64,000 nucleotides of DNA. It comes from Octopus sinensis. Lineage: Eukaryota. Below, in pieces: positions 12,762 to 25,754 of the stretch. Both the position numbers and the translations under genes were made by a program. The notes below the pieces were generated by a model. It was not told the origin of the DNA and did no database searches. It saw only the letters and a program-made list of their open reading frames with translations. The stretch's first letter is position 1. Every line of letters starts with the position of its first letter. The stretch lies in contig NC_043004.1 of assembly GCF_006345805.1 (NCBI RefSeq), positions 100,564,001 through 100,628,000 on the forward strand. The letters are read 5' to 3'.

Positions 12762-12929
12762 ATATATGTACGTGTGTGTGTGTGTAAAAGCATAGATACA
12801 TATATAGATGCATTCGTGCATACATACATAGATACATACATGCATACATACATAGATACATACATACACACACGCACATACATATTCACAGTCTATAAGC
12901 GGAACAGTAAAACTATGCAAGACTTTTCT
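12060..12929. repeat. Inverted repeat with about 155-bp arms enclosing a hammerhead-bearing unit
   Basis: 12060-12215 is the reverse complement of about 12772-12929. Confidence 0.85.
12321..12639 (-). mobile_element. Penelope-pLTR-like unit with a hammerhead motif (CUGUUGA core)
   Basis: Minus 12450-12485: cttt-CTGTTGA-a-gagc-gtag-gctc-GAAAC-GTA-aaag; (TA)n on both sides; sister copy at 42979-43185. Confidence 0.65.
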
Positions 12930-13323
12930 TAGGTATATACATATATATATATATATATATAATATATATATATACACACAAACACACACATACATTTGTG
13001 GACCAAATCTTAGCCTCTATTGTTTCCAGATCTACTCCAACCTGGAGTAGTAGCACCTGTTAGGGTACCAGCTATGGTTTAATTAGTACGCGAACCAAAG
13101 GGAGTAAAGGAACTACAGTTCTTTTCAGAACTTCCTTCTAGGAGGAAATAAACTCGTATAAAAAACCTTGAGCAACTGGTTTCTGGTCGTCTCAATCTCT
13201 GCTGCGTCTATAGTTTTATAAGTGATTGGGCTAAAAAGTCAGTTTAGGGTTGTGTAACATTTCATTCACTCAAAACAAATTCATGCAAAATAATTTTTTA
13301 AAAACCATTCTTGACTTCTATGT

Positions 13324-13467
13324 AATGTGTGTGTGTATGTATGTATGTATGTATGTATGTATGTATGTATGTATGTATGTATGTATGTATGTATGTACGT
13401 ACGTATGTATGTATGTATGTATGTATGTATGTATGTATGTATGTATGTATGTATGTATGTATGTATG
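13324..13467 (+). repeat. (TATG)n microsatellite
   Basis: Direct reading. Confidence 0.95.
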
Positions 13468-14134
13468 CGCGGGGACATAGAAATAATCGGACTGAATACC
13501 CGATCGCGCGGTTAAACCATTGGGAGTGTAGGACTCCTAGCCTTTGTTAGGGCATCCTTCTAGGAGAAGGTAACTCAGGTAACTGGGATAACTCCGACAT
13601 AAAACCTGCGGCTCAGTGGTTACCGATGATGTTGACTTGTTCTTCTTTTCGGATTATGGCTGCTGTTGCTTAGTGAGTGGGATTGACTCAGTGCACAGCC
13701 TTTCCTCACTTAAAAAAAAAATCTTCTTGCACAGGCATTGCACGATAACAACATTGATTAAGCTTCGTGCAATGGCCATACTCGATAACGAGGGGGCAGC
13801 CACCATGTATATATGTATGTATGTATGTATATATGCATGTATGCAAGCGTGTATGTATGTATGTACGCATCTGTCTATCTATTCATGCTTTGTCAACCAC
13901 TGTACATCGTTGTGTGCTTCTGCTAGCAAACACACATTCACGCATACATACATATACACATACTCATGCTCACACAAAAACATATATATATATCTGCATT
14001 ATGAATGCGCGCGCATGCGAGCGTGTGTGAGCGCGTGGTCTTTTGTGCGTGTCTGTATGCCTGTATTTGTGTGCAGTTATGTAGGCATAGGTGTTCTTTG
14101 TGAGCGCTCATGTGTCCCGGTATGTTTATAAATA

Positions 14135-14358
14135 AGCTGGCAGAATCGTTAGCACGCCGGGCGAAATGCTTAGCGGTATTTCGTCTGCCGTTACGTTCTG
14201 AGTTCAAATTCCGCCGAGGTCGACTTTGCCTGTCATCCTTTCGGGGTCGATTAAATAAGTACCAGTTACGCACTGGGGTCGATATAATCGACTTAATCCG
14301 TTTATCTGTCCTTGTTTGTCCTCTCTGTGTTTAGCCCCTTGTGGGTAGTAAAGAAATA
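14135..14358 (+). mobile_element. CORE-SINE, family A
   Basis: Full consensus match; 16-bp TSD GGTATGTTTATAAATA. Confidence 0.92.
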
Positions 14359-15692
14359 GGTATGTTTATAAATATACCAATCTGGAAACGAAACGCAAGC
14401 ACATTAATAAACTGAATAGTATTGTTAGCAAATACCCATTCTTGCTTAAATATTTTACCGTTTGCTAAGACTAAACAAGGTCCAAAATTTCTAAAGGTTA
14501 AGTCATGTAGGCTAATTCTTTGTCAACATGAGACTGGATGACATTCGGAACAATTCTCAGAATCAACAACTGAAAAGTTAAGAATAGACTTGACAACATG
14601 GCTAACACTGTTGTGTATGAAATCTGTCCATTATCCTGAAATTAAAATAATGGAATTTTCTTGTAATTTCCCCGTACGCACAACACATTCGCGTACTATA
14701 ATCTCATATACGTAGACATGAACTTTCTTTGTTTTAGCACAGCCAGCGAAGTTCTCGATACATCTACTTTAATTTGAAGCACTTAAAGCCTGAACTGAAA
14801 TAATTGCTCAGCACTTTTTGTTTTAATTAGGAAGTATGGCGGAAGGGTTTCATTTCAAATTATACGTAAATGAAATATAGAACAACTCATTCGGATATAT
14901 GTGTGTGTATATATATATATACTTGTGTATGCTTGTGTGTATGCATGAATGTATGCATGCATGTATGTATGTATGTATGTATGTATGTATGTATGTATGT
15001 ATGTATGTAGGTTTGCACACAGTTATCAGGACATGCATACATGCATACGATATTTTTAGGTCAACATTAAATTACATTATTTCTTTTGTTTACGTAACGA
15101 AGTAATGTTTGATAAAGAAAGACAATGGTTCTAGTTTCAAGGTAATGTCTTCCAACGCGTCGCTGTTGAATGTGTACAAATGCATTAGCATACATTAGCA
15201 TACATTTCCATACTTTGGCTCTGACCAAAAACATATGGCACAGGAGCGAACACAACTTGAAAGAATAATCGATTGCTGATTATACACCTTAAATTTTCAA
15301 GTGATATAAAATCGTACTAAATAGGTGGCGCAGAGACCTAATAATGCCAACCAACCTCTCCAGAGCATCGTCAGTTCGTACTCGCTTATCGCTCAGTTGT
15401 TTTCTCGGGTATGTCTCACACACACTTTGTGCTTTCTGTAAGCGTATTAGGTTACATGAGATTTGCACTGGTAACATACATTTCCGTAAAGTCTCTTACA
15501 TATTCGGTTCTTTGGCGAATAAAGTAGCACGCCACCATTCTAGTCTGACGAGGAGTGTTACTAAAAAGTCGGTACAACAAAACCACATCTACCAAAACAT
15601 CGAATGAACCAGACAGGGTCAACAACTAGCCAGCATTTATACTCAAGGACGGGGAAACACGTAAGTTGCTGACCGAGCTTGCGGTAAAATCA

Positions 15693-15904
15693 AAGAGCTG
15701 GCAGAAACGTTAGCACGCCGGGCGAAATGTGTAGCCGTATTTCGTCTGCCGTTACGTTGTGAGTTCAAATTTCGCCGAGGTCGACTTTGCCTTTCATCCT
15801 TTCGGGGTCGATAAATTAAGTACCAGTTACGCACTGGGGTCATGTAATCGACTTAATCCGTTTGTCTGTCCTTGTTTGTCCCCTCTGTGGGTAATAAAGA
15901 AATG
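15693..15904 (+). mobile_element. CORE-SINE, family A
   Basis: Consensus match; TSD GGTAAAATCA. Confidence 0.9.
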
Positions 15905-16211
15905 GGTAAAATCAGAGAGATTACTGTTGCTAGTTGGAACAGCCATCCAGGAGATAGAAAATTCGAATACAAGCATCCATTGTCTCTCAGATGATATATG
16001 AATGCCTAATGTCCAACAAATGAGCAAATGGTCTGACTGTCACTTAAATACTTGAAACAGCAGAAGACTGAGGCATGCAACCTTGGCAAAAATATCGATG
16101 TGGTACCTTGCAAGCGGTTTCTTGTTTAACTCTGTCGAGTACCTGACAGCTCCTTCATCCAAATATCCTGATTCCTACATGTGTATTTACTATGTCTTAC
16201 CGCTAGAAGTT

Positions 16212-17378
16212 GATAAATCGGGATGAGACAACATGGATAAAACTGCACTGGCCTACAGTAACTTAAGCGCTTATGATGAATTTGGTCCCAACTCGCGCAA
16301 GCTTCTTTGCACCACAAAAAGGTGATGGATCTTTCGTAGCGGTCTGGTATCATGCTCGTCAACAGCAATTGCGCACCAGCACTTACGTAGTTTCCTCACT
16401 TAGGAGAAGATACTGAAAATGTAGCAAATACTGAAGTAATCGCGATCCACCACTCCCTGCAGAGAAGGGTCGCCCATAACAAAAATGAAGTTATGGGTCC
16501 TTGATCAACAATACATCAATGATTTTTTTTCTAAACAGCTAGTCTCATGCAAATTAACATTCCAGATAGTGAGGAATATTATTAAGTAGATGATGGTCTT
16601 CCTGATACGAGAAAGCCTTTGCCTAAGTCAATCAAATTTTCTTACTGATACAGGTTCACTCATGACACAAAAGCCGCAGGACACACCAAGCTGTTTTTCT
16701 CCAATCACGGTTACATTAGTTCCATTAAAGCTAACATTTTTACCTCACTCACCCAACTTTCAAGCAATTTGCCGGAGGTAAGCACTTTCCTGTCCACCTC
16801 CATTTGCCTTTCGGAGCCGTGAGCCCCTGACGGCTTGTCCGGACTTATCTATATGCTCTTGCAATCGCCTTCTATTCGTTTAGGTTGAAACAACTTCCAT
16901 TTACCTGGTCTCTGAAATACTTAAAGTAACCTCATCTGTTCACACCGAACAGCTCTCGTGAACCCTAGCTCGAAATGGATGCCCCTACCGAGTGCTATCT
17001 TCCAGAGCAGTAGCCCGAGAGTCAATACGTATAGAAAAGACTTCTGTGGATACTTCTGACGGAGCTTGCGAAATGTCAAAGTTGCAAGAGGCCTTTTGTG
17101 CTCATGCCATCACACATGGTTGTTCAACAATCTCCCATGATGTGTCTATAACCTTCATGTTTAAAAAGAACCAGACATGCTGATTGGCGAACATTATGCC
17201 GAGTACCAATTCAATATGCATACATTTCTGAAATTCCTTCTTTGAATCAGTGGACATGTTTTAAACCCTGGTGTATCTCGATTTATTCCACACCTCAACA
17301 ACAGTTTTCTCAAAATCCAGAACAAGTTTTTGTCAGCATAGAGTATATTACCGACCACGTTGATGTCGTTGCGAAGTG

Positions 17379-17423
<45 letters not shown>

Positions 17424-18670
17424 TCTTGGTGAGTTGCGATAAGCGTATTAAAAGAAAACATGAGCATACACACGAAAACACACGATAAATCGGGATGAGA
17501 CAACATGGATAAAACTGCACTGGCCTACAGTAACTTAAGCGCTTATGATGAATTTGGTCCCAACTCGCGCAAGCTTCTTTGCACCACAAAAAGGTGATGG
17601 ATCTTTCGTAGCGGTCTGGTATCATGCTCGTCAACAGCAATTGCGCACCAGCACTTACGTAGTTTCCTCACTTAGGAGAAGATACTGAAAATGTAGCAAA
17701 TACTGAAGTAATCGCGATCCACCACTCCCTGCAGAGAAGGTCGCCCATAACAAAAATGAAGTTATGGGTCCTTGATCAACAATACATCAATGATTTTTTT
17801 TCTAAACAGCTAGTCTCATGCAAATTAACATTCCAGATAGTGAGGATATTATTAAGTAGATGATGGTCTTCCTGATACGAGAAAGCCTTTGCCTAAGTCA
17901 ATCAAATTTTCTTACTGATACAGGTTCACTCATGACACAAAAGCCGCAGGACACACCAAGCTGTTTTTCTCCAATCACGGTTACATTAGTTCCATTAAAG
18001 CTAACATTTTACCTCACTCACCCAACTTTCAAGCAATTTGCCGGAGTAAGCACTTTCCTGTCCACCTCCATTTGCCTTTCGGAGCCGTGAGCCCCTGACG
18101 GCTTGTCCGGACTTATCTATATGCTCTTGCAATCGCCTTCTATTCGTTTAGGTTGAAACAACTTCCATTTACCTGGTCTCTGAAATACTTAAGTAACCTC
18201 ATCTGTTCACACCGAACAGCTCTCGTGAACCCTAGCTCGAAATGGATGCCCCTACCGAGTGCTATCTTCCAGAGCAGTAGCCCGAGAGTCAATACGTATA
18301 GAAAAGACTTCTGTGGATACTTCTGACGGAGCTTGCGAAATGTCAAGTTGCAAGAGGCCTTTTGTGCTCATGTCATCACACATGGTTGTTCAACAATCTC
18401 CCATGATGTGTCTATAACCTTCATGTTTAAAAAGAACCAGACATGCTGATTGGCGAACATTATGCCGAGTACCAATTCAATATGCATACATTTCTGAAAT
18501 TCCTTCTTTGAATCAGTGGACATGTTTTAAACCCTGGTGTATCTCGATTTATTCCACACCTCAACAACAGTTTTCTCAAAATCCAGAACAAGTTTTTGTC
18601 AGCATAGAGTATATTACCGATCACGTTGATGTCGTTGCGAAGTGGAATAATAATAATAATAATAATAATA

Positions 18671-18706
<36 letters not shown>

Positions 18707-18765
18707 TCTTGGTGAGTTGCGATAAGCGTATTAAAAGAAAACATGAGCATACACACGAAAACACA
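16212..18765 (+). repeat. Tandem duplication of a 1272-bp unit (16212-17483 / 17484-18765)
   Basis: Near-identical copies differing by single-base homopolymer indels, (AAT)n length and two substitutions seen. Confidence 0.95.
16650..17375 (-). pseudogene. Heavily decayed RTE-like reverse transcriptase remnant (second copy in the duplicate)
   Basis: NILYADK (YADD-like), then LFYTY.LSG, RRLQEHI and NRDWRK in the expected order across shifting frames. Confidence 0.3.
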
Positions 18766-19122
18766 TATACACTCCTAAATAAATACATACATTCATATGT
18801 TATATATTTACATAAATATTCATATAGATGTAAGCATATATGAATATATGCAAGCATGCGCAGATATACGAGTAGAAATACTGACAACTGCTACTTTCGG
18901 TTATAAAACGGTGAACGAACATTGCTCACTTATCTTATGCACCGGAGAGAATGAGACACATTATGACGTCAGACAACCAAGCAACGACAGTTTCTTTGAC
19001 TACAAACAATCACAATCACAACACAAACAATCAGAGATACGAGGACATGTAAATGTGTTTGTGTGTGTGATATATATATATATAATGTATGTATGTGTAT
19101 ATATATATATATTATGCTCATA

Positions 19123-19254
19123 GTGTGTGTGTACTTACATATACATATATGTATGCACAGGTATTTATAGGTATATATATATATATATTTATTTATAAAT
19201 ATATACCTATACATACCTGTGCATACACATATGTGTATGTAAGTACAGACACAC
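19123..19254. repeat. Short imperfect palindrome in TA/TG-rich DNA
   Basis: gtacttacatatacatatatgtatgcacaggtat / atacctgtgcatacacatatgtgtatgtaagtac. Confidence 0.75.
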
Positions 19255-19376
19255 ATATATGTATATAAATATATATCTACCTATACACAACTATACATAC
19301 ATTATATATATACATATATATATACATATATATATATACCCATACATGCCCATACATACCCATACATACACTATAT

Positions 19377-19419
<43 letters not shown>

Positions 19420-20149
19420 GTAGTATGTATGTATATACATAGCAAATGTCTTCTCCTTATTTCTTTCTGTTGTTTTTCGTTTTTCGTTAATAAATGATCT
19501 TTGTTAACTTACGCGTGTAAACATTGGCTTTAGTAGAATAGTTTCAAAAACACAACGAACTTAGAATCAAAAAATAGATGATGAATATGAGCGATAAGAA
19601 ATTGATAAATACATTTTTTATTTGCTTTTTTTTTTGCTTCTTTTGTTTAGTTGTTAGTCTCATTTTTTTTTTTCTTTTATTTCTTTGAACATTTTCCGAT
19701 AAAATCATGACTTTATGGTGTTGTCTCAGATTTTAGTTGCCAAGGAAGAAATCACGCAATGTAAGGAAGTTTCGTATTCGCTGTGTCTTCTGTTTCCATT
19801 TTAAAAATTCATACCATCTTCTGTGATTACCATTTCACTCCGGCCTTTACACCGTTTTCTGAAATCTCCAGATGCAAGCGGCGATTATTTGCACATTTTA
19901 AAAATTCTTCTTCTTATTTCTTTGTTGCTGAAAGGATTAAAATAAATACAATAGGTTCGATGGCTTCACGGATCCTAGAAGAAGAAGCCTAAAGAAAATA
20001 TTTTCGTAGTGATTCAGGTGTTGTCATTGGGTTAAGAAGTTCACGCCACAACTATGCAGTTCTAGGAGAATGTCTTCACCTCGGGTTTAAACCAATAACT
20101 TTGAGCGGAATCCGGTAAACGTAAGTTACATATGTATATATGTGTACAC

Positions 20150-20237
<88 letters not shown>

Positions 20238-20498
20238 GATAAACAAGAGAGGATATAAGGAGTGAAAGTGTGTGTGTGTGCTTATACGTATGCATATGTA
20301 TATAGAGATTTTCTGCAGCTTCCGTAACACATATGGTTATTCGAATTCCAGGTTGTCGATAGTCAGCCTTGGGGATTTTGTGAGCGTATACTTGCATGTT
20401 TTGTCTATGTTAGTGGTTGCGTTTACCGATGTAAAATTGTGTGTCGAGTCGTGTCCCTTCATGTCATGGTATAACTTAGTAATAAGTTATACCATGAC

Positions 20499-20910
20499 GG
20501 CGAGCTGGCAGAAACGTTAGCACGCCGGACGAAATGCGTAGCCGTATTTCGTCTGCCGTTACGTTCTGAGTTCAAATTCCGCCGAGGTCGACTTTGCCTT
20601 TCATCCTTTCGGGTTCGATAAATTAAGTACCAGTTTCGCACTGGGGTCGATATAATCGACGTAATCCGTTTGTCTGTCCTTGTTTATCCCCTCTATGTTT
20701 AGCCCCTTGTAGGTAATAAAGAAATACGTATTTCGTCTGCCGTTACGTTCTGAGTTCAAATTCCGCCGAGGTCGACTTTGCCTTTCATCCTTTCGGGGTC
20801 GATTATATAAGTACCAGTTACGCACTGGGGTCGATATAATCGACGTAATCCGTTTGTCTGTCCTTGTTTATCCTCTCTGTGTTTAGCCCCTTGTGGGTAG
20901 TAAAGAAATA
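20499..20910 (+). mobile_element. CORE-SINE family A, 1.8-mer tandem insertion
   Basis: Full copy to about 20727 followed by a 5'-truncated second copy; TSD ggtataa(c/t)ttagtaat at 20468-20483 and 20911-20926. Confidence 0.9.
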
Positions 20911-22777
20911 GGTATAATTTAGTAATTCGACCACCTAAACTGAACTAAATCGGTGAACTAAATTGAAACAACTAAATAAGTAGCGAACTTGTTATGACCT
21001 ACTGAAATCCTCGAAGACAATTAATTGAAAATATTTAAAAAAAAACAAGAGCAACACAAAAATATCGCGTTTATTGATTCGACACCATTTTATGAGTTTG
21101 TTTGTAGAAAAGAGGAGTTCTTCAAATAACGGTGTTTGTTGCCAGTGATCTAACTATACAAATGACATTCCAAGTGAAAGCATTCCATGTTTCCGACAAA
21201 CTGTATTTAGGAATATATTATCCAATGTTTCATTACTTTTTAAGATGGCTGATTGTAGACAGTGAGGGATATTTGATTGCTATTTATAGGATGTAGTAAC
21301 ACTGCGTAGAGTTTCTTACTTGTGTCACAAGTGTTTGTTCCTACGCAAACGAAACTGACACGTGACCACCAATACAAATGGAAGTGGAGCCAATAACTTA
21401 TAGTACAGCAATCAATGCTTACTGAAATCTCACTGTGTTTGTTTAATATCGTCTGTGTCGACTTTTTCTTGAAATACTATTGTTATAACATCAGAACTGA
21501 TTGATAACAGACTGAGGAATAAAAACATGAAAGAAATCTAACTGTTCGGGCTTTGCCGGAAGTTGTTCTTACAAGTTAAAAATGTTACATCAACTGGAAA
21601 TCATACAGAATCTGAGACTTGTGAGAGCGAAAGGGTGAAAGGGTGAGAGAGATTGAGAGATTGAGAGATTGAGACAAGGAATAAGAAGAAAGACAAGTAA
21701 AGAAACAGATATGGTGAGAGATGTCGATGAGGATTGAGAGATGTAAAAGGAGTACATGGATTAGTGAGTGAGTGAGTGAGTGAGTGAGTGAGTGGGTAAG
21801 AAAGAAAGAGAGAGAGGGGGTTTGTTTTCGAGGTTTTCTTCTTTTAGAACAACCAGAGATCTTCTGATCAAAGACTGCTTTAACATAATTCAAACACGAA
21901 GCTGTAAACTACGAAAACAGTCAGTTGTTTAACATCTAAAGGGGAAGGAAACGCTAAGTACTCGAGACAACTGATACCTCTCATTCTAAATATCTTATTT
22001 TCTTCTTTTTCTTTTTACAATACTGCAGCAGGAGAAAATTCTATTTTAACTTCACGGATATAACTGCACTTAAAAGACTGTCTGGTAGGAATGAGCAATA
22101 AATTTGTACAATTTAATCCAAAGACTGAATATTCGGTGCTAAGGAAAAAAATATATAGCAATATTTAAAGCCAGTTTGAGTGAATCGCTTAAATTTAGTT
22201 TATTATGCTTAGTAGGATATTGATTAAAAGAGAGTCAAACATAAAGGTAGACAGGCCATGAGACAGGTCAGGCAGCGAGGTAGAGAACAGAAAATTGTAA
22301 GGCATTGCTTCGCTAAATTGGGCGTCTCACACGATTTTATTTTATATCTACCAAAGTCTTCTTTAATACGTTTTATACCAGGACAGTAAGAATTCACATT
22401 TTTTCTTTTTTTTATATATTTTCGTTAGGTCTGACAAAAAAATAGACATTGACAGAGGCTCTCCGTGTGAGACTGATGCCTTTAAAGTTCCGTAGAAACA
22501 GTTGCATGTTGAAAACTGCAGGAAAGCGTATGAAGTACAGACGGCCGATGTTCTAGGAAGGCCTGTATATTTGTTAGCGCAATTGTTGAGTTTAGTTAGA
22601 CAACACTTTGTGCTTGATTCCTGAGCACCATTTTACGTTGCTTTGGTCCATAGAGCTGAAATAAATACTAGCTGTGTGCTGGAGCGCTTCCCTCTCCCTC
22701 TCTAAGCTCCTCGTTCTCTTTCACTTTCGCTCTCTTTCTCTCTCGTTGCTTTTTTACTCTTAGCTGTCTATCGTTTT

Positions 22778-22820
<43 letters not shown>

Positions 22821-23074
22821 CATTCACTCTCGTACTCACATAAACACATATTCTGAATGTCACGCTTAATCAAAAGTGATTGGCTTGAGAAAATGTTTGT
22901 TTGCACGTGGCTTCAGGTGCACTCAATGCCAATTTATTGAAAGCATAGCACATACATGCACCTGCAGCACAACAAAGAATAGTAGGCACAAACACACACA
23001 CACACACACACATACTTATATATTCTTTTATATGTTTCAGTCATTCGACTGCGGCCATGCTGGATCTATATTTG

Positions 23075-23147
<73 letters not shown>

Positions 23148-23172
23148 GGATGGATGGATAGATAGATGGATG

Positions 23173-23242
<70 letters not shown>

Positions 23243-23246
23243 TAGA

Positions 23247-23834
23247 TATGTTTCTTTATTAGCCACACAGGGCTGCACACAGATAGAACAAATTACAAGG
23301 TAGAGCTTTTCTTTTGAAGGTTATAAAAAAAAAAGGAAGGGGGAGTTTCGATCAAAAGGGATCGTAAAAGGAGAGAAAGAGGACAAAAAAGGGGGGTTAA
23401 AAAAAAGGGGGAGAGGAAAAAAAACATTGATCAATAGGGATCGTTATCACAGAAATGTCAATATGAAGTGTAAAGGGGAGGACAGGTGAGGTTTACCCGT
23501 GGAAAGAAAAGCCTACGGAAAAGACCACGGTAACCTCGGTCAATGGAGTCACATGTTATATTTCTTTTTTTTTTTTGCGAATAAGCAACTCTCTGTTTTC
23601 AATTTCTGGGTTCATAGGACTATGCTCAAGGTGGCTTCGTCATTCATACGTGCCATTCTTGCTACATTCACCCATCTTTTTTTAAAATATTCGCTAGACA
23701 AAACTTGCCTCTCTACTCTCACTTTCCTTTTCAAGTGGTACTTGAAGAAGTTGATGAGAGATTGACCAGAGAGGAAAGTGTTTGTCTCCAATCCTTTCAG
23801 ACGCGTCCACCAGATACATTCTTTCGCCATAGCC
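23247..23834 (-). mobile_element. L1-Tx1 LINE 3' end, copy a
   Basis: ORF2 C-terminus ECIWWTRLKGLETNTFLSGQSLINFFKYHLKRKVRVERQVLSSEYFKKRWVNVARM...; 3' AATAAAgaaacata then (TCTA)n; (GATA)n on both sides. Confidence 0.85.
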
Positions 23835-23835
23835 C

Positions 23836-23926
<91 letters not shown>

Positions 23927-23940
23927 CAGACAAATAGATA

Positions 23941-24301
23941 ACTTTCTTTACTGGCTATACCGGGCTGAACACAGAGGGGACAAATACAAATGTAGAGCTT
24001 TTCTTTTCGAAAATGAGAAAGAAAAAGGATAAAAAGAAGAGAAAAATGTAAAATTCCGATCAAAAGGGATCGTGTATCATAAGAATTTTTTTTTTTAATG
24101 TAAGAAGCATGATTAGGTTTATTTGTGGAAAGAAAAGCCTACGGAAAAAAACCACGGTGACATCAGGCAGGGAGAGAATAAACACATGAAAGCAAAGTGC
24201 TCCCTCTCTCTTTTTTTACGATTTACAGGATCATGCTCAAAGTGGTTTCGTCGCTCGCATGCACCATCTTTGCTACATTCACCCACCATTTTTTGAAAAG
24301 G
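23941..24301 (-). mobile_element. L1-Tx1 LINE 3' end, copy b (diverged subfamily)
   Basis: Shares gtagagcttttc, cgatcaaaagggatcg, gtggaaagaaaagcctacgg and gctacattcaccca blocks; GATA on both sides. Confidence 0.75.
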
Positions 24302-24314
24302 TAGATAGATAGAT

Positions 24315-24537
24315 AAGTTTCTTTATTGGCCACACAGGGCTGCACACAGATGGGTCAAGTTACAAGGTAGAGCTTTTCTTTTGGGGGAGAAAAAAAAAAG
24401 GTGGCGTAGGTTTTCGATCAAAAGGGATCGTAAAAGGGAAAAAAGAACAAAAAAAAAAAAGAAAAAAAGGGGGAAAAAAAGAAAAAAGGGAAAAGGAACA
24501 AAAGAAAAGAAAAATGAAAAAAGAAGAAAAAGAGAAT
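24315..24537 (-). mobile_element. L1-Tx1 LINE 3' end, copy c
   Basis: ggccacacagggctgcacacag...cgatcaaaagggatcgtaaaaggg; 5' truncation abuts (GATA)n at 24538-24621. Confidence 0.8.
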
Positions 24538-24623
<86 letters not shown>

Positions 24624-24700
24624 ATAAGCTAGAAGGAGACTCTAAAAGTAAGAGTATCACGTTCATATTTTCTATTCATTATTATTATTATTGTTATTTT

Positions 24701-24900
24701 GGCGCCCAGTTGGCAGAATCGTTTTGCGCGTCGAGAAAAACGCTTAGCAGGATTTCTTCCGACTCGAGGTTCTGCGTTGAAATTACTCACTCCGTAGTCG
24801 ATTTTGCCTTTCATTCTTTCGGGTCGATAAAATAAGTACGCGTCAAAGACCAGTTGACACAATGTAAACGACTCAACCCCTCCTCTTTGTGTGCCAAAAT
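24701..24900 (+). mobile_element. Degenerate CORE-SINE, family A
   Basis: ttggcagaatcgtt...gtcgattttgcctttcattctttcgggtcgataaaataagtac. Confidence 0.75.
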
Positions 24901-25492
24901 TTGAAACCGTTATTATAAATGATATTAGACCAAGTTATTATAAATGATATTAGACCAGATTTAATACCAAGCAGGGCATTTCGTTCGTGTTTTACCTGTT
25001 TATACTGGTTTGTTTATACTTTGAAGAGCACTCGTAACAAAGTTTTTGTTATTGTTTTTGTTTTGTTTTTCCTTTACTTTATTAAAAAAACCTCAACTTT
25101 TCGAGATTCTAACTTTAAAAACTTAGGAAAACAACCAAATGCACCATTGATTGCAGGTACATAAATAATCTGGGTAGAGAAGTTATAGTTTTCGTTGTCG
25201 TTGACCATAAATGTTTAGTTTTTCACTAATTTGAAATGAAATGTTTATATCAGCCGGACACCTGTCATCCTCAAAAGTTAATAATTTTTGTTTTCTGTTA
25301 TAAGATCATAAAACTTTTCTCCACATTTGTTCGGAAAGTTCCACAGTAACATTCTACCAATATCACCTGTGTTGAAACCTGTGAATATTCTCGATGTCGG
25401 AAATATTTATTACGTTTACCCAAAACAGTCTTTCATACAGATGACATTGTATATTGTTTTAGTAACAATATTATACCGTGTAAAAACTAATT

Positions 25493-25754
25493 GTGGAGGC
25501 GCGTGGCTTAGTGGTTAAGATATTAGCATCATGATCGTCAGATTGCTGTTTCGATTCCGGGACCGGGCGACGCTTTGTGTTCTTGAGCAAAACACTTCCT
25601 TTCACGTTGCTCCAGTTCACTCAGTTGGCAAAAATGAGTAACGCTGCGATGTACTGGCGTCCCATCCATCTGGGGAACACATGCGCCATAGAAACCGGGA
25701 AATCGGGCCCATGAACCTGGCTAAGCTTTGAAAGGGCGCATTTATTTATTATTT
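25493..25754 (+). mobile_element. tRNA-derived SINE, family D (V/Meta-like central motif)
   Basis: gtggaggcgcgtggcttagtggtt head; gctgcgatg(g/t)actggcgtccc motif; homologue at 53213-53470. Confidence 0.85.

Noticed and set aside
19737-19760. 24-nt candidate micro-exon (ttttag|...|gtaagg); similar at about 31244, 34010, 37510-37690 and 46890
   Set aside because: Such splice-like pairs arise by chance in AT-rich DNA and cannot be supported without RNA data
21345-21570. E-box, two CCAAT motifs and an ETS-like ccggaagt
   Set aside because: Short motifs with no linked gene
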